Positions 19,776 to 28,740 are shown, numbered from the stretch's first letter. The stretch: DNA of 64,000 bases from an uncultured Candidatus Saccharibacteria bacterium (GCA_964544935.1 CAZJDZ010000001.1:27018-91017), one strand, 5' to 3'. Notes: a model not told the origin generated them from the sequence alone. Numbers and translations are program-made.

Positions 19776-21101
19776 ATGAAAACAACAGCACCCAAGGGCT
19801 ATGAACTAGCTAAATCACTAACAGAACCAATAAAGACAAGGTATTGCCTCTATGCTCGTAAATCAACAGAATCTGAGGAAAGACAGGTTCTTTCTATAGA
19901 TTCGCAGATAAAGGAGATGCTTGAACTTGCAGATCGAGAAGGATTGGAAATCGTGTGTATGAAGCGTGAGTCTCACTCTGCAAAGGAAACAGGACAACGA
20001 CCGGTATTCAATGAAATAATAGACGAAATACGAGCAAAGAAATTCAATGGGATCCTGACATGGGCACCTGACCGTATCAGTCGTAACGCAGGAGATCTTG
20101 GAAAGATTGTTGACTTGATGGATGCAGGACTACTGCAAGAAATACGAACATACGGGCAGAAATTCTCAAACAACCCTAATGAAAAATTCCTGCTCATGAT
20201 TTTAGGGAGCCAAGCGAAACTTGAGAATGACAATCGTGGAGTAAACGTAAAGCGAGGGTTACGCACACGAGTAGAGATGGGTTTATGGCCTGGGCAAGCA
20301 CCACTTGGGTATCTGAATCAGCGACACTTAGATAAAAAGTGTCAGCTTATCGTTGATCCCGAGCGAGCACCTATCGTAAAGAAAATGTTTGAGAAGGTTG
20401 CGTATGAAAAACTAAGCGGAAGAAAGATATACAATTGGCTTCGTTTTGAAGCCAATTTTTATACTAGAGGAAACAAACCTTTAACGCTCAGTGGTGTCTA
20501 TCGAATCCTTGATAATCAGTTCTATCATGGACTCTTTGAACATCCGAAAGGTAGTGGTAACTGGTATACAGGTAAACACGAGCCACTGATCACTCAAGAA
20601 CTATTTGAGAAAGCTCAGGTACAGCTTAAGCGAGATAACATACAGCGTGAGAACAAGGAGTTCTCATTTACTAAACTGTTCACGTGTGGTTACTGCTCTA
20701 GTGGTATATCAGCTGAAGAAAAGTGGAAGGACCTAAAAGATGGTACTCATGCGAAATACATCTACTATTCTTGTAGTCGAGCACGAGACCGTAACTGTAA
20801 GAATAAATATATTCGTGAGGAAGAACTCATTACCGAACTGCTCAAGATTCTCGATAAGGTGGATATCAACGAGCTTGGCATGCGACAGAAACTTGAAGAC
20901 GAGATTGCGCGTTTTAATATCTTTCAAAGATCGGTACTCGGTAGCACTGATAAAGTAGACAATAGAAAAGATACTGATATTCGAAACTATGCTAAGTACA
21001 TCTTGAAAGAAGGTACTGTTATGGAGAAGCGAGAACTACTAGCGAATCTACGATCAAGAATTATTTATAAAGATAAAGAGCTTACTTTGATTGTTGAATA
21101 A
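19776..21101 (+). CDS. Large serine recombinase (resolvase + recombinase + Zn-ribbon domains)
   Basis: YARKST catalytic motif, DRISRN, APLGY, HEPLIT, CGYC...YYSC...C. Confidence 0.92.
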   Translation: MKTTAPKGYELAKSLTEPIKTRYCLYARKSTESEERQVLSIDSQIKEMLELADREGLEIVCMKRESHSAKETGQRPVFNEIIDEIRAKKFNGILTWAPDRISRNAGDLGKIVDLMDAGLLQEIRTYGQKFSNNPNEKFLLMILGSQAKLENDNRGVNVKRGLRTRVEMGLWPGQAPLGYLNQRHLDKKCQLIVDPERAPIVKKMFEKVAYEKLSGRKIYNWLRFEANFYTRGNKPLTLSGVYRILDNQFYHGLFEHPKGSGNWYTGKHEPLITQELFEKAQVQLKRDNIQRENKEFSFTKLFTCGYCSSGISAEEKWKDLKDGTHAKYIYYSCSRARDRNCKNKYIREEELITELLKILDKVDINELGMRQKLEDEIARFNIFQRSVLGSTDKVDNRKDTDIRNYAKYILKEGTVMEKRELLANLRSRIIYKDKELTLIVE

Positions 21102-21119
21102 AAAAGATTTTACTAATCA

Positions 21120-21148
21120 AAAAACACACGAGCACATCGTGTGTTTTT
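21120..21148 (+). terminator. Terminator after recombinase
   Basis: AAAAACACACGA-GCACA-TCGTGTGTTTTT. Confidence 0.7.
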
Positions 21149-21219
21149 AGTTACATTCTAAGCATTCGGGTCGCTTCATTTACCTAAGCAAACGGGTTGA
21201 CTCCGATACTAAAACGTGT

Positions 21220-21309
21220 TGGCGGAGGATGTGAGATTCGAACTCACGGACCTAATAAAAGGTCGACGGTTTAGTAAACCGTTGATTTAAGCCACTCATC
21301 CAATCCTCC
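21220..21309 (-). tRNA. tRNA-Ser, anticodon ACT, CCA encoded
   Basis: GGAGGAT/ATCCTCC acceptor, ACGGT-TTACTAA-ACCGT anticodon arm, long variable arm, GTTCGAATC, G73. Confidence 0.9.
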
Positions 21310-21422
21310 AAGTTCTACAATCATACCAAAATATTATACATTTGAGAAATCATGGCATCGGAGTACACTTATTGCTAACTTGTTCTTCTTGCTCTTTAAC
21401 TTCTACCAATACGGAGGCATTT

Positions 21423-22001
21423 ATGGACTTATGCCAGACAGACATGTTCCCTGGAACTATTGTTTTGCAATATATTGACCCTTCTCGACATTTCATTGGT
21501 GTTGTACTTCCAGAAACAGCTTTACGATTTCTCAAAGAAGAAGAAAGAAGGGTTTTTGCGTCTCATCAAGGAAATGGTGATCTCACTGTACACCATATGA
21601 TTTTGGTACTTGGCTGCTTTGATCTAAAAGAAGAGGAGCGGACTCTTTTTGATCACATAGGGCAGCACCCTCACCAGAACTTTCCTTGGTACGTTATCGG
21701 TGAAAAGCGACAAGCTGTAGCTGAACATTTTACAGAAGAGCTTGCTCTTTTTAGAGTGCAACACTTACAACTATCATCTGGTGAAACCCATGCACGGACT
21801 CTACGAAGAAGAAGTTTTTCTTTTAGCCCAAAACATGCGGAAACACTGGGGCTGATTCTTTTTGTGCAAAGATACCTTTCTGGCAAAAGTGATGACGAGC
21901 TTCTCGTTGGAAGATGGGAATTTGGTAGACAAGGAGAGCTTGTTCTTGAAACACTCAAGGTACTCTTTCCTCGCGATAACACATGGAGAGCTTCGTTGTA
22001 A
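21423..22001 (+). CDS. Hypothetical protein
   Basis: SD GGAGG before ATG 21423; terminator hairpin at 22023-22047. Confidence 0.6.
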   Translation: MDLCQTDMFPGTIVLQYIDPSRHFIGVVLPETALRFLKEEERRVFASHQGNGDLTVHHMILVLGCFDLKEEERTLFDHIGQHPHQNFPWYVIGEKRQAVAEHFTEELALFRVQHLQLSSGETHARTLRRRSFSFSPKHAETLGLILFVQRYLSGKSDDELLVGRWEFGRQGELVLETLKVLFPRDNTWRASL

Positions 22002-22074
22002 TAATTCCAGAGAAAAAAGACTAACCCCTGCACTTGGCAGGGGTTTTATCTTTCTATATAGATGTGCTGTATTT

Positions 22075-22653
22075 TTAGTTATTTCTTCCAAAGAATCTAC
22101 CGATGAAACCACGAATACCTGCAGCTGGTCTATTTTCACCCATAGCATCACCATCACGAGAATTATATTCTCCTGTAGGTTCTCCATTTTGTGCAGGAAC
22201 AGCTGATACCACTGGGGTACCAGGCATCGCATTCCCTCTTCCTGCATCACCTGTAGTAGACCCTGGCTGACCTGCTGGGCGACCAATAGTAATTGTTTTA
22301 TTACCAATAAGAGCTTTTAGTTTGACATCATACTCTGCATTTAATGCTTTTAACTTTGCAATTCGTTCTTCTTGAAGTGCTTTTATCTTTGCATCAAGAG
22401 CTGTGTCCCCTGTTGTAATTGTTGGCATGACAGCCATCATGTTAGCAGGAATAGCTCGAGCAGATGCTGTAGGAGCACTTGCTTTACCATACATTGTATT
22501 AACAACTCCTCCAGTTGGAGCACCTGTTACTTGCATTCTCCCCATTACTGCAGGTTCTCTAGGTGCCACAGAAGAAGCGTCACCAGCATCTTGTGCAAAC
22601 ACTGTTCCTATCGCAACAAACGCAATACTTGTCGAAATAATATATTTTTTCAT
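22075..22653 (-). CDS. Secreted low-complexity protein
   Basis: Signal peptide MKKYIISTSIAFVAIGTVFA; Ala/Pro/Gly-rich with central coiled coil. Confidence 0.75.
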   Translation of the reverse strand: MKKYIISTSIAFVAIGTVFAQDAGDASSVAPREPAVMGRMQVTGAPTGGVVNTMYGKASAPTASARAIPANMMAVMPTITTGDTALDAKIKALQEERIAKLKALNAEYDVKLKALIGNKTITIGRPAGQPGSTTGDAGRGNAMPGTPVVSAVPAQNGEPTGEYNSRDGDAMGENRPAAGIRGFIGRFFGRNN

Positions 22654-22747
22654 ATGCAGTAAGTATAGCAAATGTACAGAGAACGTGTGTGAGTAACTAA
22701 AGAAAAAGATACACCCGCCGAAGCGGGTGCCTCGTGGGTGTATTGTT

Positions 22748-23110
22748 TTAGAAACGTATTTCGGTGGCACGAAAACCAAGTTCTTGTGGCGTCCACTGAG
22801 GGTTACTTTTCAAAATCATAACCTCCAAAAGACTACGCTGAAGATCATTCTTGATAATCTTGGTTATCAATCTCTTAAGTGCAGAGATCTCTTTCTGTTC
22901 AGTGTACTTTTTCTGACAAGCGACAGTAATCATAGAGACAAGAATTCCTTGATCTTTTTCTACTGCCAGCTTGTACAGTGTTATTGCAGCACTATCAGGT
23001 ACACGCAAACCTTGTTCCCAATTCTTGATATTTGCGGCAGGAACCCCAAACAGAATTGAAATCTCTGCCTGAGAAAGATTCAGACCATTACGAATACTTG
23101 CAAAGTTCAT
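22748..23110 (-). CDS. XRE-family HTH protein (HigA/MqsA-type HTH)
   Basis: IRNGLNLSQAEISILFGVPAANIKNWEQGLRVP. Confidence 0.75.
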   Translation of the reverse strand: MNFASIRNGLNLSQAEISILFGVPAANIKNWEQGLRVPDSAAITLYKLAVEKDQGILVSMITVACQKKYTEQKEISALKRLITKIIKNDLQRSLLEVMILKSNPQWTPQELGFRATEIRF

Positions 23111-23365
23111 TTTTGGCCCTTGTTGTTGAACGAATTTACTCTACATTAAAAGTATTAACGAGTCAATTAAATTATTGACACTTGTAAAATTAGTATTTTT
23201 GAAAACTTTCTCTGTAGAGACGAGAAGCTGCTCGGTCACCACTTTGGTATTATAATTTCATGATTACACTGAAAAAAAACACTCGAGGTACCTGCCTTAG
23301 CACAGATGCAACATTTTAATACAAAAAATAGTGTGAATCTAGGTAATATATTATTGGTATTTAAA

Positions 23366-23674
23366 CTACTTTTTATTATTTACTAAATGTATTAGAATCC
23401 AAATATTTATATAAAAATATAAAAATTGAAATAGTAAAGAAGCAATATTCTCTATAAGTGAGTAGTGACCAGTTTGATTCCCATCTAAACCTATACCTAT
23501 AAATAAAGGTACTCTTATATGCTCTAAAAAAATCCACGGGAAACCAAACACAGCTAAAAATAGTTTACTAAGTGTTAGGCCATCATGTGGTACAATTGTA
23601 AGATTGTATAATAATATTAAAGAGATAGCGAAAGTTAATACTAATATAAATATAGATAATTTATTTAATTTCAT
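23366..23674 (-). CDS. Small very AT-rich membrane protein
   Basis: 102 aa, about 3 TM segments; lies between tRNA-Ser 3'-end copies. Confidence 0.55.
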   Translation of the reverse strand: MKLNKLSIFILVLTFAISLILLYNLTIVPHDGLTLSKLFLAVFGFPWIFLEHIRVPLFIGIGLDGNQTGHYSLIENIASLLFQFLYFYINIWILIHLVNNKK

Positions 23675-23745
23675 AATTTAATGATACTACATATCCAATT
23701 ATATTATGTAGAATATCCACACTTTTTAACTTAAAGGTAGTTTTA

Positions 23746-24218
23746 TTTGCGGAAACGAGAGGATATTCGGTCACAAATCTGCCTCCCGACTCACTGCGTT
23801 CGCTGGAGAGGATCCGGTCACCAAACATATCTTTTTATTTTCGTCTTACAGACTAAATAAAAAGATTGTTTCGCGACCCCGGCTTCGACACTTCAGTTTT
23901 GATTACAAAACTGGCTTCGCAGTGTCTCAGTTCGAACCCTCTTCATTCTCTCGCAAAATATAAATCACCCAAAGCTTTGCTTTGGGTTCATTATTTTGCG
24001 GAGACGAGAGGATATTCGGTCACAAATCTACCTCCCGACTCACTGTGTTCGCTGGACTAGAATTTTAACAGATTGATTACAATCTAAAAAATTCGTCGCG
24101 CATGCTCGAAGCAGATTCGCGACCCCTATTCGAATCCTCACGCATGACGCGCAGGCGTCATGCTTCGTCTCCTCAGAATGTAAAAAGCGACATCTTAAGA
24201 TATCGCTTTTTACATTCT
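23746..24218 (-). repeat. tRNA-Ser(GCT) tail modules with duplicated 3' ends
   Basis: About 60-bp direct repeat 23746-23807/23995-24056 containing TCCTCTCGT(C/T)TCCGC; antisense T-arm copy with CCTGCG hairpin at 24129-24173. Confidence 0.85.
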
Positions 24219-24827
24219 GCGGGCCGTGTGGGTTAAGTACCCACGTGTTTAGACACCATAAGGGTATTTGATCATCTTTTTCGAGCTCTAAAATATGTAT
24301 GTGGGTCGCTAGATTTTTATCCTTGAGTAAACTTTATCAAAACCATCAACTTGTTCTTCTTTGTATACTTCTGCATTCATTTTTTGTAAGAAAGAAAACA
24401 TCATCGGAAACTTTTTTGGGAAAGTATTAAGTAAAATATATTCGTAGCCTTTTTCTTTTGCATACGCAACCACATCACTATACATTTTTGACCATACACC
24501 TTTACCTCTTGCTTCAGGATCAACCCCAGCAAGCCATATTTTGAAATCTCCTTCATTTGTGACATCACACACGGTGAACCCTTTGGTAGATTCTCCTTCA
24601 TTAACCACAACAAAATATCCGCCATTATTGATTCTTTTTAACCATTCATCTTTGTTGTTATAGAGCGATTGTTCTTTTTCACCAAAGACTTTATCATGTA
24701 GCTCAATTGCACTCTCAACAAAACGTAAATCAGTAGATACCTCTATTTTTGGTGGTTCAGGGGTGAATTCAGGACTTTTCATATAGATATTCTAGCATCT
24801 GGGTCACTCCGATACTTTTACATTATG
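24219..24827 (-). mobile_element. Mini-cassette B (609 bp, GNAT gene)
   Basis: 93-bp end repeat 24219-24311 including the gene stop codon; proximal end CCGCCATAATGTAAAAGTATCGGAGTGACCC. Confidence 0.75.
24309..24782 (-). CDS. GNAT acetyltransferase
   Basis: GVDPEARGKGVW motif A. Confidence 0.85.
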   Translation of the reverse strand: MKSPEFTPEPPKIEVSTDLRFVESAIELHDKVFGEKEQSLYNNKDEWLKRINNGGYFVVVNEGESTKGFTVCDVTNEGDFKIWLAGVDPEARGKGVWSKMYSDVVAYAKEKGYEYILLNTFPKKFPMMFSFLQKMNAEVYKEEQVDGFDKVYSRIKI

Positions 24828-25508
24828 GCGGTGATTGTAGGTTAAGTACCCACACGTCTAGACACCATAAGGGTATTTTAACATCTCTTCCAAGCTATAA
24901 AATATGTATGTGGGTCGCTAAGATATTTGTAACAAATTTTCGCTTTTAGTGAAAAGAATCGTCTGTACTCCGAAACCTTTTGCAGACTCAACATTCATTT
25001 TATTATCATCAATAAAAATAATTTCCTCTTTGCTGCAATCAGAAGACGCAAGGCATTTCTCAAAAAATTGTATATCAGGTTTTCTACATTTCACATCACT
25101 TGAAATAACAATCTCGTCGAAAAGATAGTCCAAGCTATTATCTCTAATAATCTTTCTAAGAAAATCAGAACTCGCATTAGAGCAGAGAATTATTTTATAG
25201 GACTTTTTGAGTTTTTTAAGACAAGAAACAACTTGATTATTTATTTCAATATAAGAATTAAATTCTTCATTTATCTCTTCAACAGGTCTTTGAACCTGTG
25301 CGGATAAATGATTCATTAGTTCTGAATTAGAAATCTCTCCAAGATCTGCGGGTTTAAAATATTTTTCTTTCAGTAAAATAGACTCTTCTTTTGAGAAGTA
25401 TTTCTGAAACCAGAAAGGAGCAACTTCAGAACAAATGACTCCAAAAAAATCTATCCATATTACTTTTATTTTATGATCGCGGGTCATGTACGATACTTTT
25501 ACTTTATG
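24828..25508 (-). mobile_element. Mini-cassette A (681 bp, HAD gene)
   Basis: 93-bp end repeat 24828-24920 including the stop codon; proximal end CCGCCATAAAGTAAAAGTATCGTACATGACCC overlapping the ATG. Confidence 0.75.
24918..25487 (-). CDS. HAD-family phosphatase
   Basis: DFFGVI, CSN, RKPD, FIDD..N motifs. Confidence 0.85.
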   Translation of the reverse strand: MTRDHKIKVIWIDFFGVICSEVAPFWFQKYFSKEESILLKEKYFKPADLGEISNSELMNHLSAQVQRPVEEINEEFNSYIEINNQVVSCLKKLKKSYKIILCSNASSDFLRKIIRDNSLDYLFDEIVISSDVKCRKPDIQFFEKCLASSDCSKEEIIFIDDNKMNVESAKGFGVQTILFTKSENLLQIS

Positions 25509-25596
25509 GCGGAGACGAGAGGATTCGAACCTCCGAGGGATTTAACTCCCTGCCTCTTTAGCAAAGAGGTACGTTAGACCACTCTGACACGTCTCC
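25507..25596 (-). tRNA. tRNA-Ser(GCT), CCA encoded
   Basis: GGAGACG/CGTCTCC acceptor, CCTCT-TTGCTAA-AGAGG, long variable arm, GGTTCGAATCC. Confidence 0.95.
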
Positions 25597-25985
25597 ATCT
25601 TCTTATCAGAACGAGGTTTATTCTAACATATTAGTACCTCTATTTCTATATAGCGTTCTCTTAGTTATGTGCTTGTTGTATATACTAAAACTCGTCACCA
25701 CAGAACCAGAGCAGAGAAGCCTTTGCTGACTTTCCCCAGATGGTTGCTTTACATCTCTTTCAAATTTTATACGTACAGAACACCTAAGTAAAAAAGTATT
25801 TCTACCCCTGTAGATATCTTTAATGCATTTTCATTCACACTATTTTCATAGGTGTATATCATCATCTCGTAACAAGACCCGTACCAAGGTGATGGTATGG
25901 CGTATTGTTTTTCATTTTCTATTCCATCTATCGTCACTAAAGCACGCAGCAAAGTAAAGATCGTCTAACTAGGAGCAATCACAAA

Positions 25986-26981
25986 CTATCTCATAGGAAG
26001 AGATGGGAGAGATAGTTCATTCTTGTGTTCAATGTCTGAAAAAAATAATTCAGTAACCCGCTTAAAGTCTTGAGTAAAAAACGATGTTTCTGGATTTTTA
26101 TTAGCAGGCAAATTTCTCAACCGTTCTTTTATTTGTTCCAATCCTTGCACAGAAAGTAAACCTCTCATTTTTAACGCTTCTTTAAAAATCTCCACTTGTG
26201 ACTGAAATATTGCATCCTGTTCTTTTCTATCAACACTAATTTCCCCCGTAGCATCAAATTCTTGCAGGAAATGAGAAACAGTTTCAGCTATTTTTTCAGG
26301 CATCATCTCTGAACCCTCAATTAATATAAAGCCGGGATTCTGTTCAACAAACTGGGCTTGAACAGCTAGCACTAATAGTGAATCGTCTATAATATCTCCT
26401 TTAGCTTGTTCCAATGTTCTTTCTCCTTGCAAATACCGTATCAAGGGTTTATATATTGAACTCTGTTCTATATTAAAACAGTTTGGGTACCGTTCGTGCA
26501 GATAACGAGCTTCTTCTAAAGCGCCCTCTGAAATAAATTTTTCCACTCGTTTCTCAAAGAGCGCAACAAGGTTTGTACCTCTTTGATAAGAAATATAAAA
26601 CAATGGCGAATATGTAATGCTTTTACCTTCTTGTTTATTGGCATCAAGTAATGCCCGTAAATACCCGCCAGAAAACCCTTCAATAAGAGGTGTGTGGCCG
26701 CGACTGACAATTTCTGGTATGAGTCGTTCTACTTCTTGCAAGTAATGAGAAGGGTTCCAAGTGTTTTCGTTTGGTTCGAGAATTGAATAAAAATGTGCAC
26801 GTTGTGAAACCGCATCTCTTTCGACTAATGGCTTTACATCTCTTCCTGCAGAGCTATTCTTATAAAAGGAAAATCTGTCGCAGTTGATCACTTCTATATC
26901 CGGATTCTCGAGCAATAGAGTAACGGCTTTCGTTTTACCAGTTGTTGATTGTCCAGTAATTATTGCAACATTTTTAAGCAT
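25986..26981 (-). CDS. Isopentenyl/dimethylallyl transferase family (divergent MiaA-like)
   Basis: GQSTTGKT P-loop, EVINCD...Y, PLIEGFSGGYLRAL, GALEEA, IYKPL..YL.GE. Confidence 0.7.
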   Translation of the reverse strand: MLKNVAIITGQSTTGKTKAVTLLLENPDIEVINCDRFSFYKNSSAGRDVKPLVERDAVSQRAHFYSILEPNENTWNPSHYLQEVERLIPEIVSRGHTPLIEGFSGGYLRALLDANKQEGKSITYSPLFYISYQRGTNLVALFEKRVEKFISEGALEEARYLHERYPNCFNIEQSSIYKPLIRYLQGERTLEQAKGDIIDDSLLVLAVQAQFVEQNPGFILIEGSEMMPEKIAETVSHFLQEFDATGEISVDRKEQDAIFQSQVEIFKEALKMRGLLSVQGLEQIKERLRNLPANKNPETSFFTQDFKRVTELFFSDIEHKNELSLPSLPMR

Positions 26982-27144
26982 TTATATAGCATATACTATT
27001 GAGACACAGTGTACAACTAAAAGATCTCCAGATGCAGAAGTTAAAAAAGAAAGCAGATAGGCTATTACAAAAGAGTTTGCTCTAGCTCGTAACGCTCTCT
27101 ACCATAATTTGATATACTGTTGGTATACAAGTAATATCATTTAT

Positions 27145-27450
27145 ATGAAAGAATTCATTACATTTATTCGAGAAAAAGGAGTTCTTGGACTCGCAGTTGG
27201 AATCATCGTCGGAGGTTCAATAACAAAATTAGTTGAAAGCATTGTCACCAATCTTATTAACCCACTAGTTGGTGCAGTAACAGGTGCAGCTGGTAGTTTG
27301 AATACGCTTGCTTACACCATGCCAATCACTGGTATTGTTTTTAAGTATGGAGCTTTTATTTCTAGCCTTATTGATTTTGTTGCAGTACTTGCAGTTGTAT
27401 ATTTCATTTTCGTCAAAAGTCCAATCAACAAGATTGATAAAAAAGATTAA
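27145..27450 (+). CDS. mscL: Large-conductance mechanosensitive channel
   Basis: MKEFITF...LAVGIIVG...LINPLVG...YGAFISSLIDF. Confidence 0.9.
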   Translation: MKEFITFIREKGVLGLAVGIIVGGSITKLVESIVTNLINPLVGAVTGAAGSLNTLAYTMPITGIVFKYGAFISSLIDFVAVLAVVYFIFVKSPINKIDKKD

Positions 27451-27471
27451 ACTTACCTGTATTTAAAATAG

Positions 27472-27506
27472 AAAGCGTCGACCACAACATGTGGTCGACG
27501 CTTTTT
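27472..27506. terminator. Bidirectional terminator
   Basis: AAAGCGTCGACCACA-ACA-TGTGGTCGACGCTTT. Confidence 0.75.
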
Positions 27507-27521
27507 CTTGCTCTCTGTGCC

Positions 27522-28082
27522 TTATCGGCGATGAGGAGACCTCTTGTCTTTTCTCATCTGTCGAGTATGAGCATGAAAGCTTCTGGAGGGTTCTCGCCCG
27601 CCAGTTCTACCAATTCTTGGCAAGAGCCACTGTGCACGCCCCTTGGGCAACGGGTACAGCTGGGGCCGTCCTCTGTCAAATGACAGCCTGAGTGTCCTGA
27701 CTTCAGTTTGAGAGACAGCTCTCTGAAAGTCAGGCGTGCTTTCCTGTGCAACAGAAACAGCAAGACTCTGCAGCAGCAGTTGAGCATGGGCAACTGTAAG
27801 CATTGAAAGAATTCGCACTTTATCCTCCAGTTGATCTTGGGATTGAACAGGGAAAATAGTTTGCACATGATTATGGAGGTCAGTCTCCGAATCAAGTACA
27901 GTGACTTCAAGATGTGAAAATGTTCTCTGTAATTCTCCAGCAAGGAGGGCTTCTTCTTGCAAAGAGCCACAAAGAACAACCCCCGAAGCATTATACTCCG
28001 GCATTCTCTCAGTAGCCGCCAGCAGGTGCCCAATAAGTTTTTGGGATGTGCCTGACGAAACAATGCAGAATATCGATTTCAT
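27522..28082 (-). CDS. Hypothetical protein (GC-richer than background)
   Basis: 186-aa ORF; competing overlapping frames. Confidence 0.45.
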   Translation of the reverse strand: MKSIFCIVSSGTSQKLIGHLLAATERMPEYNASGVVLCGSLQEEALLAGELQRTFSHLEVTVLDSETDLHNHVQTIFPVQSQDQLEDKVRILSMLTVAHAQLLLQSLAVSVAQESTPDFQRAVSQTEVRTLRLSFDRGRPQLYPLPKGRAQWLLPRIGRTGGREPSRSFHAHTRQMRKDKRSPHRR

Positions 28083-28144
28083 TTCAGGTCCCGCTTTCTA
28101 TAATAGTACAATCTAAAAAGAGACTATCATGTTCATACATAAAG

Positions 28145-28189
28145 TCAAAACAAAAGAGCGACGCCTACGGCGTCGCTCTTTTGTTTTGA
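28145..28189. repeat. REP-like palindrome/terminator with GCC-TAC-GGC apex (family also at 33832, 49456, 53978, 54516, 57005)
   Basis: 21-bp perfect stem, 3-nt loop. Confidence 0.8.
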
Positions 28190-28200
28190 AATTCTATTGA

Positions 28201-28740
28201 TTATTCATCTTCACTAATCATATCCATGATAGCGAGCACTTCACCAGTATAAGGAGGTTCTACTGAACCGTTATAGTAGTAAAGCTTCTCTTCTGTAGAC
28301 TTTCCGGCATAGTATCGTGAAGTGTTCTTGTTAGCACCTCCTAGATTTTTACCGAGAGATTCGATAGCTTCTTCATAACTATTGAAGTTATGGCCAAGCT
28401 TACACGATCCCCAGCCAAAGGCATTATACCCACAGGCTTGCTTACCACCAGAAGATTCGCGAACACCGATAGCTGGAAGAAGTCTCCAGTCGAGACCGTA
28501 TTTTTCAGCAACAAGTACGAATGTCATACCTGTTCCTGCAAGAGGCATACTACGCTGTTTGAAGAAATGGTTAATTGCTTCTGCGCGCTCTTTACGGACG
28601 TCTTCAATCGAAACGATTTCCTTTGTTACAGGCTTTGCTTCGAGTGAACCAATATGTGAGGTAACTGAGACACTTGGGATGGCCATGAATGGCACAAACG
28701 CGAGCATCATCTGAGTAACCTTATAGATTTTGTGTGTCAT
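28201..28740 (-). CDS. Secreted lysozyme-fold (glucosaminidase-like) peptidoglycan hydrolase
   Basis: AEKYGLDWRLLPAIGVRESSGGK...NAFGW...YN. Confidence 0.75.
   Translation of the reverse strand: MTHKIYKVTQMMLAFVPFMAIPSVSVTSHIGSLEAKPVTKEIVSIEDVRKERAEAINHFFKQRSMPLAGTGMTFVLVAEKYGLDWRLLPAIGVRESSGGKQACGYNAFGWGSCKLGHNFNSYEEAIESLGKNLGGANKNTSRYYAGKSTEEKLYYYNGSVEPPYTGEVLAIMDMISEDE

Larger units (their letters stand above)
4575..21221. mobile_element. Putative 16.6-kb integrative island of a large serine recombinase at the 3' end of tRNA-Ser(ACT)
   Basis: Recombinase beside the tRNA 3' end; tRNA-proximal end motif and distal 93-bp end shared with cassettes at 24219-25508; CCGC at both junctions. Confidence 0.7.

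Noticed and set aside
22748-23110. Complete toxin-antitoxin pair
   Set aside because: HTH resembles HigA/MqsA but no adjacent toxin ORF is visible.
23866-24060. 64-aa ORF, and similar ORFs at 29214, 29288, 30025, 47750 and 47911
   Set aside because: They run through tRNA genes or structured tail repeats; no protein-like features.
24219-24920. Classical integron attC sites
   Set aside because: No RYYYAAC...GTTRRRY box pattern or long attC palindrome, and no IntI tyrosine recombinase; geometry fits serine-recombinase ends better.
23746-25508. CRISPR array
   Set aside because: Repeats are 60-93 bp, irregularly spaced and separated by whole genes; no cas genes in the window.
25767-25952. 61-aa ORF
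   Set aside because: Non-ATG start, no motif or RBS; may be a fragment but is unsupported.
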